Of a stretch of 64,000 nucleotides of DNA, positions 25,791 to 40,033 are shown in pieces. Every line of letters begins with the position of its first letter. Positions within the stretch are counted from its first letter, which is position 1. Made by a program: the position numbers and the translations under genes. This DNA is from Acanthaster planci (taxonomy: Eukaryota): contig NW_019091358.1 in assembly GCF_001949145.1 (NCBI RefSeq), positions 2,970,535 through 3,034,534 of the forward strand. Direction: 5' to 3'. The notes beneath the pieces are model-generated. The model saw only the letters and a program-made list of their open reading frames with translations. It did not search any database and was not told the DNA's origin.

Positions 25791-28700
25791 GAAAACATGT
25801 GCCTTAAAGTCTTAGTTTTTACTGTATTTGGATTATCCAAACTCTTTAATTTCTCAAGCATTTTCTATTCAGTGTCTGTATAATTCTGCTTTATCTACAG
25901 AAAACATGTTCACGTATGCTCAAGATGATGGATGTATGATTGAAAGAAAAATGAGTTGAAATGACATGGGCAATAATTACGGCACAGTTTTGCATTTAAT
26001 TTTTGCATTTTAAAATGGTCTTTTGGTAAGCCAAATTTTTATATATATCAGCAGACATGTGTTCAGCGATTATGCACTGATTCACCAGCAACAGCAAGGG
26101 CTATGGATGAATCAGATGTCCCTATCGGTGCCATCTGGACCTTAAATCTTCCCTTCGTTCCAGGGCTTGAAGAAGCTCGCTCCTTTTTTCCTACCTTGGG
26201 GTGGAATAAATTGAAGAGTTATCTGCAGCTCATCGCACTCTTTTTTCGTCTGTATCAGCAATTCAACCCCCCCATTGCACTTACAAGGACCTGTTTACCG
26301 AAAAAAAATCTTTCATTTGCCAGTCCAGGCTTTCAAAGGTCGTCACTTGGGTGTTGCGCAGGAGATGAGTGGTCTTCTGACACAACTGAAATGTTTGACT
26401 AGTCGACAGAAGAAAGGGAGACAAAGAAGGAAAAAATAGTGGGAGCCATCACAAAATCAACAAGCGTTGCCGATTGCAGAAGCGTTAACATCTCGAGTGT
26501 TTCAAATTTCAAGTGGCCCGAGCATATTATTATCATCCTGGCTTTATCAGCCCGGGCAATCTGGCCTAGTTGTTGGCATTGGGGAGATTAATCAGGAAGA
26601 TTGATCCCTATTATGTGGGGCATGTTTGCGATACTGTCACCAGGTAACTGGAAACTTTGCCATGTTATTTGAACGGCCTGATGCAAGATGAGTATACATT
26701 TACACAGGCCTGGAGTTTCCATTCAAGGGCAGGTTTTTATTAATATCATAATCTTGCCGGGTATTATGGAGTCTCTCAAAAGACTCTGAAGTCTTGATGC
26801 GTGACTAGTTTTTGAATTTTTTTTTTCTGACCAGGCAGGTCCAGAAGCACTCGAGCTGCACTATTCAAGGGTCATTTTGAAGGGCTCACGAATCTCTCAA
26901 GATGTTTTGAAGCTCAATTTTCCTCCCTTTTTTTTTTCAAAACACATTGGATGACTTGGCTGATGAAATTTTATTGCTCATGGCTCAGTGATAATTAGGG
27001 CACCTGTCATCTGTGTAAACACTTTGGAAATATTTTTGCCAACAGCTTTTCCTAGTCCTCCCTCATCAACACTCAAGTTTAATTTGTGTGTTGAAAAGAT
27101 TTACAAGGTATATTTGCTTTGATTTAACAGCCTTAGGCAGGGTTGTGCACATTATGGACTTTTTTCTACAGTGCTTAATTAAAGCACAGAGCAAGGAGTC
27201 CTCGCTCTATGATTAAAGACAATTGACTCTCTGTGTTAATTACTTTCTTTGTAGGCTCAATTGTCAGTGTGTTGTTCAGCATTTCCTTGTTCTTATTAAA
27301 AAAAAAAAGTTCACGGGCTTGTTCATTATAGATGTTAATAGGTTTTTGTTGACAGATCTTTTTTACATGGACTTGTTGATTTGTTGACTTGGATCATGTA
27401 GTGATTGATTTGTTGTTTCATGGTTTAATGTAAGTTTGTTATTGAGAAGTGCTTGTAACACTTTGCCAAGTGGTTGGCTTCACCTGTGGTCTGATTGAAA
27501 GGTAGGCTAGGTTAGCTGGTGACCTTTGGCTGATTTTTTGTCTGGCAGGTTGTAAGTGATGTTCTCCTGTGCTTCTGTCTGCCTCAGCCCAGGAATTCTA
27601 GCAAGGAAAATGTAATGTGATTCCCAGCGAACCAAAAGGCCAAGTCATGCCAGAACAGAGCATGTGTGTAAGTCAACACAGGGCCACACTACATGTACAT
27701 GTACATGTAATAGGGTGGATCTCATGCACCCTCATTGTTGTTCCTGAAAGACCCCCCCCACACGGATTTCATTTTGGGCATGCGCTGTTAGAATACCGAA
27801 CATGCCATTACATTACAGCCAAATTAAATAAAACTTAGTGAGTGCCATTTCACTATGACTGTTGATTTCAGTGTCATGGATTTCTCTGTCATTGTCATAG
27901 ATTGTGTGATTGTGCTTTCTCATTACAGATTTCTTTCAGGATGTTTATTTCACATTGTAGAGAAAAAGTTAGGCCACTTGGCAAAACTCTGTGATGTCAC
28001 CAAAGACCTTTAAGTCAGGGGAGAAACTTTGCAGTGGCACAAATTCATGATATCATGAATGAAATTTGGCATATCTTGAAAGGACTTTGCTACATCATGA
28101 CAGAAAGTAGAAATAGTTTGCAAGGAATTTGGATGGCATGAAAGAAAATCGTGACTGCAATGTCCTTTCAGGGTCCCATTAGAAAAAAAAACCACATCTA
28201 GAGAATGAGGAGCAAGTGTGGAACAACACATTGATATATCATAAAAAACGCCCGTACATGTAGTTAGACTTGAACCCAAATGATTTATGACCATTACGGT
28301 TAAAATGATACAAACAAGTCCTCCTCAAGCCTTGGGAGGTCCTGTGCAAACATTGTTGAAAACAACATAATTTCAAACTCCACAAGCTATTTAGGGGAGA
28401 GAGGGAATGTTTATGGTGTTTACATAATTCTTTTTTTCCCCCTTTTTTCCATTGCCATTTATTAAAATACAGCCCCATTTTTTATGAAAATACAGCCCCA
28501 TTATGCCATATTAATCTTGTTTACATTTCCACATAGCAATGCCACTCATACTGATAAGCCATCAGTTAAGATGAGATTCAGGTTCTGTTTATTTGCTCTG
28601 TGTGTGCTGTTTACCCATCAGTGGAGGAGGCATTGTTATGCCCATCAAGATAGCCCAATTGTCACAGGAAAGAATGTTGAAATAGTAGGCCTACAATATT

Positions 28701-29724
28701 CTTGGATCTGCTCATGGTTTCCTGTAGTCTAATGTTAACCTGTCCAGAATTTTGTATGAATGAGTTTGCAAGTGCACAGTCAGCTGTATGTGCACAGTCA
28801 ATTTGGCTAAAAACTCTTTACTTGGTCCACGTCAGGTTAAAAGGTAAAAAAATTCAGAGAAGGTTAGGGTGACTGATGTTTAGATCTAGGAGAATCATTG
28901 TCAATGTAGATTTGGCTAGGACTGAAATGTCAGGTCCTCCAATTTTTTGATTTATGTATTTTTAGGTCCTTCCAGCCAGCAGTTTGCAGCAGCTTTTGTA
29001 AATTCACAAAAAAATTACTAAAAAATTTCCGTGTGGCACAATTTTTTAAAAGCACTTTTGTGCTGTGACTTTGTGTTGCAGTACACATGTACTCTAAAAC
29101 ATGGTGTTTTCCAGAATTTGTTTAATACTAATGTCAAAATTGATAAGCAGTGAATTTTATGAAACCCAAGTTTACCTGAAATGCTTTCGACAATATTAGT
29201 TACCAGACCTTGGTTATCACACCCCCTTTACATTATCCATTTGACCCTTCATAGAAGTCTAAGAGTGTACATTTGCATGTTTGGTAAAGAAGAGACCTGT
29301 ACATTTGGTGACACAACCTTGTGTGAAATAGGATCATTGGGATATGTTTCGGGGTGAAAAATATTCGTAGAGTTTGTGTGGAAAACACTCCCAAGCTTTC
29401 TCAGTTTGGATTTAAATTCACTGCCTCAAGTTTACTTGTGCAGACGTCAACCATTCAACCAACAAGTTTGCTAAAGTCAGTCCCCTATTTTGTAACTGAC
29501 AGATCAACAGGTGCTGTTGTTAGTAACTGTTCAATAATGGAATCTTTGTCCAAGAAAGATGTAAAATTTGGATATGTGCTTTAGGATCTCTCACTGTCAC
29601 ACTGGACTAGTTCCATTCCTGTTTCTGTTTCAGTAGGTACATGTACAGAAAGCTCAGGTCTGACATCATGTCATGCATGTACAAGCTTTGCTTTCCATTC
29701 ATCGGGGGCTACGAATGTTCTTAC

Positions 29725-29752
29725 CATAGAGCTACAACCCAGTAGCTCTATG
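29725..29752. mobile_element. 28-bp palindromic micro-element with 8-bp TSD (hAT-like)
   Basis: GTTCTTAC|CATAGAGCTAC-AACCCA-GTAGCTCTATG|GTTCTTAC: perfect 11-bp TIR and perfect 8-bp direct repeat. Confidence 0.85.
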
Positions 29753-29829
29753 GTTCTTACAGTGTGTCCAGTCTTTCGGTAGTGTAGCCGAGGGGATGGA
29801 GGGAAGAAGTTAGGTTGACTGGTTGGCGT

Positions 29830-30131
29830 GGGGAGTCAGATGGGCGTAGTCGTTCTTTCCTCGCCTTCCACTTCTGCAGTCCCGGTTCGAATCCTGGCCC
29901 AGTCCATATGTGGATTGGGTTTTCAGTCCCTACCTGAGTCTCTGGGTTTTACCCAGAAAAATGTTCCTCTGGGGTTTTCCTCCCACCTCTAAAACTGCAG
30001 CTGGTTCTCATTATCTCCTCTCTACAGGTTTCTTCAGGCTTGTGAGCTATAGTGCCTAAGGTGCTTTTGAGGAATCCATGGTGTCATTACCAGAAATTAT
30101 TAATAAAAATGATAATAATAATAATAATAAT
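29830..30131 (+). mobile_element. Near full-length tRNA-derived SINE with V-domain-like body and (AAT)n tail
   Basis: A box tgggcgtagtcg, B box ggttcgaatcc, body ggggttttcctcccac, (AAT)n tail at about 30113-30131. Second copy at 11636-11796. Confidence 0.85.
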
Positions 30132-33100
30132 TACCGCTAATGGGTCATTAGGGATACATTCCCATAAGAACGTGCACAAAAATTTTCCAACTTTACTGTC
30201 CCATAATTCAATTTTCCCTAGACTGATCTGAACCAAACTTTGTATGTTTTCATTTTAGGCCCTAAACTATCATCTGTAAAAATAAGGACGGTAAAATTCG
30301 GCCTCCTTCTGGAAGTTTGAAAAAAGGGAGACACTGAAATGTCTCCCTAAAAGCCAATGTTTCCCTAATTTTACCACAAAATGTCTCCCAAATGACCTAT
30401 TTGTAAATATAATGCGACATGCTGGAAAACAATTTCAGAGCAAAAGAGGAATTCTGATAGAAACACAATTGGGACTGCAGATCGATTCTGAGTGCAAAAT
30501 TGGCACAATAAAAATTGATCATGAATGGAAAACAGGGATGATGGAAATAAATATATAGGCACCAGATATTCCAGAATTTAGTATTTTCTTGTATCTTCAG
30601 AGCCTAGGGAAGGAAATTGCCTTCCCTCCTTTCATTGTTTAAAATGTATTGTGATCATGCCACTGCTTTGGTTGTGATAACACTATTAAATATACAGTCT
30701 TTGGGCTTTACTAATATTACATGATAAGCTGTAAGAAACTGATTGACTATTGCAATATTTTTGTTCATAGATCAATGTTGGAGCATAAGAAAATGACACA
30801 CCTTTTCTTTGAGGGTCATTTGGTACCTCTCAATCAGTAAGTAGTTAACACAGCCTTGCACTTTTAGGGGGGTGTTTGTTAGAGAATCAACTACTTGGTC
30901 AAGAAAGCTGAAGCTCATCTCAACAAACAGAACGATACTAATAATGCTCAACTCCATCACAAATTTGATGTTTGGTGACACAAGCGCGCCATAAATGCCC
31001 CAGCAAACACAGAGAGGGAGGGGAGAGCCCGGGGCTCAAAGGGCACGAACCAAAAAGGCAAACACAAGGTGGGTGACTGCCAGGATTGATAGAAATATTC
31101 TGATGGTTATCTGTCGATATTAACTTGGACCGGCCCTGTTCAAATCAGATAAAAAGCAAATTAATCAAGTGGCTGGTTAAACAGGAGACAGGTCTAATCC
31201 AGTCTGAGTGTTTACCAATGTACAAGGCAGATACAAAGGCAGCCAACTTTTTTGAAGACCCTTCCCCCCCCACATCTCTTGAAGAGGATATGGTTGAATA
31301 TAGTGGTTCCCCCCCCCCCAGTTTTTATGTACGCATGCATTTGAGGCATTATTTATATGACCTTGGATCTCTCACTAGTGATTGAGTCTGTGTCGAAAGA
31401 TAGGGACTTTGTTTGAATCTACAGTCTCACACATCCTCTTTGCATTAGATCTCAGATCTGATGGCACACTTCGAAAGCAGCCCCGCGCTGCGTAATATGT
31501 CGGGAGGTGGAGAGAGAGAGAGAAAAAAAAAAAGAAGCTTGTACAAGATGACTCTATCGCCGGACAATTCCCAATTTCATCAGGAAAAAAGTGCAGATGG
31601 ATTCCTCATTGAATTTCCCTTCTGAAACTTGCTCCTTCCTGTTAGCCGTGCACACGCCTGTGTGTTTACTGGAACGTGTCGTGTTGTTGGGCTCCAAGCG
31701 GCCGTGTCTGTGGCAGTCGGGATAGAAAGGGATTTTGATGTTGACAATGGCTGCGGTGATGGAGCGCGGTAAAATACCTGCTCATCCTGACGTGTGTCAG
31801 AGTAATTGCGGCTGGCAGCTTACCTCCCCCCTCACCCCATATTCGTTAGTCATAGACCTGACCTTTATGGATCAGTTCACAACTGTGGCTGACACTCTTC
31901 TCTCTTTACCCTGTTTACGTCAGTCACGGTCATCAGAAAATCACCAGTTGATGGTGGGAAACTCCCCGCAGATTTTGAAGAAAATAGCTCAGATCAGAAC
32001 CTCCTGTTTTTCTGTTGCTTTCTTATTATGAAAAATGCTTCAAATGCACAGAAATTTCTGGTGTCAGACCATATTCTCTTCAAAGGGCCCGGGTAGTAGA
32101 TTATAAGGGTACATGCATTTTATGACCTGTCAATGTTTATTACATTTTTACGCAGATAAAAATATCCATCCATACGGTTGCAGTGGTGATGTCATGAAAA
32201 ATTGGGCAGTACTACTTACAGCCCTTATCAGGTTGAAACTGATGACAGTGTGCCCCCAGTGAAGGGAGTGGATAGGAAAGGCATGGATAATGGGAACCAA
32301 ATTTAATGCAAACCACATTTGGTTTGTGGGTTTCAATCACCCAGTGGGGCCAACCATCACTGTTCTGACTAAACATCATATGCTGCCCCCACAAGTCCAG
32401 GGGTACTGTTTAGGACTTCGACTGATAAGTTGATCATCAGGTCAGTGTATGTGGTAGTGGGAAAACCTGTAATTGGATTTGTCATATTGGCCTCCATCCT
32501 CCTCTCCCATCCAATGGGTTTGCAGACCAGTCATTGAAGTTCTGGGAAAGAATAGTTGAACTGATTTTACACCCAGACCCCTGTCCCCTCCACCTCAAAC
32601 CCTCCCCCCTCCAAAAAAAAAGAAACCTCAAAGCTGTCTCAGTAATTAAATCAGTTCCAAAGCCCCTGCTAATTTTGTCCTGGCTTAGAGGGATTATATT
32701 TTGGCAGCATGGAAGACAGATTAGGTTTCAAATGTTCCTATTTTTGTTTGCAACATCGGCAGTCCACAGTCCAGTTTCTTGGAATTTCTTAAGGATTTGT
32801 GAGTCACATATGCTTAATGTCAAGTCTTGCTGTAAGCACCTTCAGCAGACTTTTCCAGATGTTTACCTCAACCAATTTGACAAAAGGAAATGTTGGAAAA
32901 GTCAGGAGGGACCTATTCCCAGTGGAAGGCTCCTTTATGGAACATTTGTTCCCAATTTGCTATATTCACATTAAATGGGACCGAAGAGTTCCCAAGTCAG
33001 GGTGCATGCACAAAGACCACTATTCCCATTCAGGGACACATGTCAAAGTCTAAGAAGGAACAGTAAGTTCTCAATTGAAAAGTGCAGCATTTTCGTTTGG

Positions 33101-33678
33101 ACATTTTTGAAATATTGCAGGGTTTTCATTTGGACTTGCTGTAGCTGGCTTGAGACCCTCCTAAGCCCCCTCCCCTTCCCCGTGGTGATCCAAAAAGTAC
33201 TAGGTGGGACTCAGATCATCAAGCAAAAAACTGGAGTTAGCTAATTTTAGGGAATTTGTTGAGAATAACCTTTAGTTTTTGCCAAAACAAAAGGAGGGAG
33301 TGCACATCCTTCTCCATGGGCCCCAGGCCATCCATCTAAAGGTCAAGTCAGCAGAAGTCTCATTTCCCTTCTTTTGTGCTTGGCATTTGTGTATTGCCAC
33401 TTGAACATGCCAGATGCAGCGTTTGATCTTTATCGTTTCTTACTCAGGTTTGTGGGGCACTTGATTGTGTTGTCTTTCTGCTTTGCCCTTGCCTCTCAAG
33501 TCAGACAGATCCATCATATTAAAGTGACATTTACATGTGTAAATATTTCAAGGAGACAAAATCTAAATTCCGTCTACAGTTGACAGGTGTTCTTAACGAA
33601 CAGGAATCTAATTTTAATGATTGGACCTCGTATGGAATAGGCCTGTGTTTAAACTTTTGCTATTGAACCACTTCCCAA

Positions 33679-34112
33679 ATAGATGGATCCCAATACAACG
33701 CTTTTAGTGTCGATCTGCGCACTTCCACGTTTGAAAACGAAGCTGTATGTGTCAGCTTCAATTCTTAATACGATCAGACGATTGAAAGTAAGGAGTTAAG
33801 ACACAAAATACATAAAGGTATGTTAAATTCAGACTTTTCAGGCTGCACATTTTTGTGGAAGAGTCTTTCAGGATGACTCGACACGTAAAATCAAAAGAAA
33901 AAATAACGACAATTGACCGCGAACTAACGTACCAGCGATGGTCGTGTATCTTATGCAGTGGGCGTGGTTTAAACTGAAGTGTCGTCACACTTACGAACCG
34001 GATACTCCATGTACTGTGTGGACTCCGCGGGCACGCGCGATGAAGTTCAACACAGAGAGCCTCGGTTTTGATGCAGATATGCGCAGACGGCGCTCATGTG
34101 AAATCCCTCTAT
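33679..34112. mobile_element. CpG-rich MITE with ATAG termini (possibly ISL2EU/Harbinger group)
   Basis: Ends atagatggat and atccctctat, with subterminal inverted tctgcgca and tgcgcaga. CpG content is sharply higher than the flanks. Confidence 0.5.
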
Positions 34113-34667
34113 AGGAAAGGGCTGAAGTTCTGTCTCATTGTATGCACTTCATCACTTCCAGAAGTAACCTTCTGGTCTGGGAAGTTGATGAAATTAGTGA
34201 GAATGTGGAGAAAGTTAACCTGTGCTCACCAGTGTCTAGTAAAAAAGGAGTGAAATATAGAGTATCATGCATCATCCATATCATGTGTCATCCATTTGAA
34301 AATATATTCTTTGATTCTGTTCCTAGACAGACAACATGAAGGCTGTCATTAATCTGTCAATCAACTGCCCCTCAATCCATTCCAGGCTCCTCTTATTTTC
34401 AGCAGTCATTCCCTTGTCTATTCAAAGCCACTCTGCCCTTAGAAGTTGAAGGCTTGCCCCACTCTGTCAAAGATTTTGTCAGTCTTGCTGTCTCGCCCTT
34501 GCTATCTCTCTCTCATGCTGCTCCACTGAATTTTGTCTGCCAATATTATGATGCAGCTGAGCCATAAACAGAGGCGTAGTCAAAACCTTTTCACAGATCT
34601 GACAGGTGAAATTTTGACATAGTTCTGTTGAAGCATGATGAACTAGATCATGTGGGCCAAATACGTA

Positions 34668-34786
34668 GGCCGTGTCCTAAACAGGCTTCCAGAGCTACAG
34701 CTATGCCTATTGTCTGCATGTCTCTTCGTATTTCCATTGGAGTGAAGACTTAGACCTAGCTCTAGACAACAGATTTGGATGCAGCC
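34668..34786 (+). mobile_element. 119-bp PIF/Harbinger-like MITE, copy 1
   Basis: Aligns end to end with 35946-36064 and with 44948-45066 (reverse). TIRs ggccgtgtcctaa and ttggatgcagcc; flanks GTA and TTA. Confidence 0.85.
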
Positions 34787-35416
34787 TTAGGCTGTCACTA
34801 ATGTATATATATGAATCTAAGAAATTGGGCCAAAATGCATGCTGTAAATAAGTTTATATAGCACATTATATTAATACAAGCAAAAAGTACAGAATCTCAA
34901 TGCTCTTCACAGATTGAAACAGCAGTTAAACATGGCAAAGGTTCCGTAAAATAACAGGCAATTAACAAATTAACACAAAAAAGTAACACAAATTCATATG
35001 GAATTAAAATTGCATGGAGCAGTGAAGAACATATATTGTCAGGACAACTTTGAAAACCCAAGTCCTCTTGCAAATATTGAACATTTCTTGTGTACCCAAT
35101 TCCTGGTAGTCTGTCTGTGGTAATCTCAAGAACACAGCCAACATTGCCTGGGTTGCTAAGATTTTTTTCACTTTGTCACCTCATGATCTGGTTTTAATTA
35201 AAACTTGGGGAGCCAGAAAATGACCCCATACCCTCAGTCAATTCCCCCCCAACTCCGATCCACTGGGGTTATCAAGCCATCATGAGTAGCTTGGCTGTTT
35301 CATGAGACCTGGAAATGGACTCCTTAACGCCATGACAGACTGTTTTTTGTATCCAGCTGCTGTGGTACCATGTACATGTAACGCTGATCTCTTGATCATG
35401 ACTTCTCTTCCCTCAG

Positions 35417-35476
35417 GCAGAGAAGGAAGAGCGACGCACCCAGATGATGAAGGATCTGGCTGTCAGGTGGCTGGAG
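35417..35476 (+). CDS. SMG5: SMG5 60-nt coding exon: AEKEERRTQMMKDLAVRWLE
   Basis: Acceptor ttctcttccctcag, donor GAG|gtgaga, phase 0 to 0. Matches SMG5 EEARRNRLMRDMAQLRLQ, the helix before the PIN domain. Confidence 0.88.
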
Positions 35477-35945
35477 GTGAGATGTGAGCCGAAATTGTCA
35501 TTGTTGTAGTCAAGAACGATTCGCATACCGAGTTGATCGCAAAACATGGAATAACTTAGGTGTGAACAAAGCTAGAGAACATGGACATTGAATGGGGGGA
35601 GATGCACATAGGTAAGACTACAAATACTGGGAAATGGATGACCACAAACTATCACTTTTATGAAAAAAATAGCTTAAAAAAAGATAAAAACAAATTAAAG
35701 ACAAAATACTAAACAAATACTCAGCTGAGTACAGTAGTTTTTGAGTACTTTTCTGAGAATTTCTTAATTTCTTAAAGTCTTTATTTTGCGCTCTTATCTT
35801 CGTGCATCTACCATCCTGTGTCCATGTTCTCCAACTTTGCTCACCCTTAGTTCATTATTTGGTTTTTGAAAAGTACTTGACTTTGACACTGCAATTTTAT
35901 TTACAGAACTATTAAGTACATGTATACCGCAAAGCTGGGAACTCA

Positions 35946-36064
35946 GGCCGTGTCCGAAACGGGGTTCCAGAGCTATGGCTAGGTCTATTGTTTCCGCGTT
36001 TCTACACATTTCCAATGGAGCGAAGACCTAGACCTAGCTCTCGACAACAGATTCGGATGCAGCC
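35946..36064 (+). mobile_element. 119-bp PIF/Harbinger-like MITE, copy 2
   Basis: TIRs GGCCGTGTCCGAA and TTCGGATGCAGCC, exact 3-bp TSD TCA. Confidence 0.9.
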
Positions 36065-38965
36065 TCAGTGTCATAGAGCTCTTAAGCAGAAGATCCTGCT
36101 GAGCACATTTATTTTCACAAGTCAGCTATTTTGAATTCGAAGCGAGGTTAGCTTTAAATTCTGACGGCCTAAGAATACAAGTGAAACAATGAAATCAAAG
36201 TTTGTTACAAATTAATGCCATTTATGCTTCTGAATGATTTCCAATTGTGATGAATTATATTTTCATGTTTCAAACCACATTTTAAAAATGGACAGTGAAA
36301 TAAGGTCTTTTGGACCCAGAAAATGTACAGTCTGTGAACAGGATGGGGGGGGGGTGGCAGTGGCGTGGCGGCAGCAGCAGCAGCTGTTACTGCTGCTTTT
36401 TCCTTTTGGGTAGAGGGGGATTCTTAAAGGTTGTGAACACCATTGGTTTTTTAGGTCATAATTTCACAAGATTGGCTGATTACAGCATATAATATTCACT
36501 ACGACTTACATTCCACTGACTTGTTTCATGTCTGAGTCAACTGCTTTGTGAAAAATGAGAAAAACAGCACGGCATTATCAACGCTTAAGGCGAAGATCTT
36601 GTAATTTATCCTGCGTAAAATTTGTGGATTACATAGCATTCGTAGTATAAAGCAAACAACATCTGCGGGATCAGGTTGGAAAACAGGCATGACAGGCTCT
36701 CATTCTCTTAAAAAAGGAGTAGTTTTCAATGGCTAGGAGTCATCAGTGAATTTACCTTGGAGTGATGGGCCTCCTTGACAATGTAGCATTAATTGCAGAT
36801 TCATGAGAAATCTTCATCCAGGAATGCAGTTGACTTGTGTCCCTGATACTGAAATGAGTAGGCCTAAAAGGATAATGCGTGTGCGCGCGATCACGCTTAA
36901 TGAACACAAATTCACATCAGTGTACTCGTTGATGAAAGTCTAAAAACTCTATTTGTAGTTGATTCACCAACAATTACAAGCAATGAAGAAATTATGTTTT
37001 GAAACACAAGAGGTTTAACGAGTGGAAATTATACCTTTTGTTGACAAAAATCCCTTTCACCATTCTGCTCAGAAGCAGCCACCATATTTTGATCATACCA
37101 TTATGCTCTAGGGATGATTTTGAATTCACAAAGTTTTAGTTTCGCATTATGAAAATCCTTTCCGCAAATAAAATTTAACTTCAAATTGATCCAATTTGTT
37201 TCCTACTTTACACCTTACACTCATGTTCCTGCTTTTGGTGAATTTCTGTCTGCATATTTTTTAGCAGCTTTTAGGTTTACCTGTTCATTAATGGAAACTC
37301 ACACAACATCTGCAAACCGTACACGTTAGAAAATTGGCACCTGTTAAAGAATGTGATGTGCAAAGTGAATGAACTCTTAAAAGACCATCATGAAAAAAGA
37401 GAACAAAATTTCTGTTTTCTTGAAAACTACAAAATTCTGAGCGGAAATATTTTACAGACTGATTGAGGCTGTTATTTATATACTTTCTTTCAAGTAACAT
37501 ATTTCAGGATTATATGGTAGCCCGATTTGGGGGATTTTACCTATGGTGTACACTACCTTTAAGTTGATTGAGAACCAGGATAGATCAAAGCAATGTTTAC
37601 ATTTTTTCCTTTGCTCTATCTTAGCAGATTTCACTTACGCTTTGGCAACTGTGCACCTTGCCCTTGACAAGAGCATTAAACAGTCTGGTTCATATGGAGA
37701 GGTCTCACGTTCTCACACGTGCTGGCAGACTGTCGGGCAGGGTGTATTCCGTGCAAGAATAAGCTTGTCATCTGTTAACCAAAGCAGTCAGCCCAGGCTC
37801 TGCATTCCAACCAAATGTCTCGATGAGCCAAATTCAATCAATTAATCACAAACACAGCACTGGACTATTTGCCTCTGCTTCTGATTTCTCTTCTAAAGTC
37901 AATCTGATGTTTGTCACAGTCAGTTCATGATTGGTCAGCCCATGGAATGTTTGTGCTGATGATTGGGACAAACAATTGTCCTCTTCTTTAGATTGAAGTG
38001 TGGGTGGGCAATGTCCTCAGAGCTTTGAAACTTGTGTTACTTGACAGTGTCCTGTAATTCAACATTGTATAAACCTGCACACAGATATGCAGAACACAAT
38101 TGCCTGCTTGATTTTGAGTGTAGACTTTAGAGAATTGACCTGTGTCAGAGAAGAGGGCATTCACCTGGTGGCTGTTCACAGACTTTATTTTGACTAGTCA
38201 GGTAGTGTCCAAATTGCTCGGTTTAGGCTTGGATCTATACACGACTCAATGGGTAGTGGTTACAGCCACTACCATGTGCATGCGTATAATTTCAAGCCAC
38301 AGCCAAGTAATTTAGACCCAGCCTTATTGATGCTGTACTCAGACTGTGGCCATATCTCTGTCTTTTACCTTCACCCTGAGCTCCACAGTGAAGTTTGGAG
38401 CATTTACTTTTGGAACCAAATGGGAACTCCTTCAACCTTAGCCTTATGTCAGGCAGTAGGTCTTTCCTGTAGAAGAAAATTGAGCTCCATAGAGCTTAAG
38501 TGTCTAAACTTGTACAATTTAAACCTGAAGTCAGAGAGAGTGATAATGCAGCAATTTGTAAAACCCCAAGGATGATTGAATGTGTAGTGGAAAATGGCTT
38601 CTATCAGCAATAAGATCCTGGAATTCCTGACCACAGAGAAAGCTTTGGAAGTGCAGGTTAAGTGTCAATTCATTTTTAAGAAGCTTGGGAAAGACGCCAA
38701 AATTATCTTTAAAAATTTTAATTGACCCTGGCAACACGAGTCATTCTCGGCTTCAAAATCCACTAGAACATTTGGAGGGATTTCCAGGGTTGAGTTAGGT
38801 ACATGTAGATTGTGTTTCTTGCACAATTGATTTTAGAGGATTCAGAAAGCTCCCTGAAAGTGCTATGGTTGTCTCTTGTGTCAACTTTCCAAATCTTGGG
38901 ACAGTGTATGTCAGGGCACTCAAGTTCTGATTATATTTTCTCTTGTTTGAACTATTTTCCCCCAG

Positions 38966-39125
38966 CATGAGATCCAGCAGCTGGAAGGTCAAGTCCAAGA
39001 TGGGGCAGCTAACACCCAGTTCTCCCCTTACCTGGTGCCAGACGCCAATGCTCTCATGAACCACCTAGGCCTGATACAGCTACTGGCTGACAGCGAGCGC
39101 TTCATCATTGTCATTCCCTACTCAG
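38966..39125 (+). CDS. SMG5: SMG5 coding exon, start of PIN domain: HEIQQLEGQVQDGAANTQFSPYLVPDANALMNHLGLIQLLADSERFIIVIPYS
   Basis: Acceptor ttttcccccag, donor CAG|gtaatt, phase 0 to 1. SPYLVPD...RFIIVIP is characteristic of the SMG5 PIN domain. Confidence 0.95.
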
Positions 39126-40033
39126 GTAATTTCTTGAGTGGCCTAGATTATGCATTTATGTCATACACCACAGCCTGATTGGATGACTGGTAGGCAGATT
39201 GGTCACAAGTCAAATGACCCAGGTTCAGTCACAAATAATGCCTTAAAAGTAATAGGATAAACAGTGACGAAGGCATTCCTTTGTCACATTCCATTGGAGT
39301 AGCTTTCACTTGACTTTTGGGACTGAAAGACTTGTTGTGATTGATTCACAGTCCTGTAGACCTTCATTTGAATGTGTTTCCATTTGCGTGGCCATCTTGG
39401 CACAATGGTGGTTCAGATGAGGCAGTCTCCAAACTAGGTGTCAAGTTGTGGCCATGGCTTGGATTTTACCCTCAGTACACTAAGGTGAATAGCTGTAGTC
39501 GTAGCCAGTAATGCCTGTTTTGGACACTGCCTAGTCAGGAAGCCAAAGTCATGCACTGGACTAGCAAAATCTATAAACCCTTGTAAGCTGCTGTAATGTC
39601 ATGAAGCCTATTTACGAGATTTGAGAACCCCTATATGTCAATTCTTTAAAAGTACATGTACATTTATTCAGAGTTTTGACTATGATGAACAACTCCTATT
39701 AACCTACAATGTAGGTAAAATACATTTTTGTGAGATGAAATGGAGAACTCCCTTTCCAGCTTAGTGGATGCTTTATTTTTGTCAAGATACTGAAAACAGA
39801 CTTCAAGTTTGATAAAGCACTGTAAAGTTTATGAGTATAATGTGATTTGCATTTTTAGCATCTTTAAACCAGAAACCCAACCCCAAAAAACAAGAACTGC
39901 AGCCAAAAAAACATGTCTTGTAACTTTTCAAGTTCCATGTAACTTCAGATCTGGCAAGCACATGGTACCATACCAGCTGGAGAGGTGACAAGAATTGCTA
40001 GAGTGATTAAGTGTTGTGAACCATCCTCTTTTT

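Noticed and set aside
29830..29900. tRNA gene
   Set aside because: A and B boxes are present but continue into a SINE body and (AAT)n tail; no convincing cloverleaf.
32534..32974. 146-aa ORF
   Set aside because: TTG start, crosses C-run and A-run low-complexity DNA, and resembles no family I recognise.
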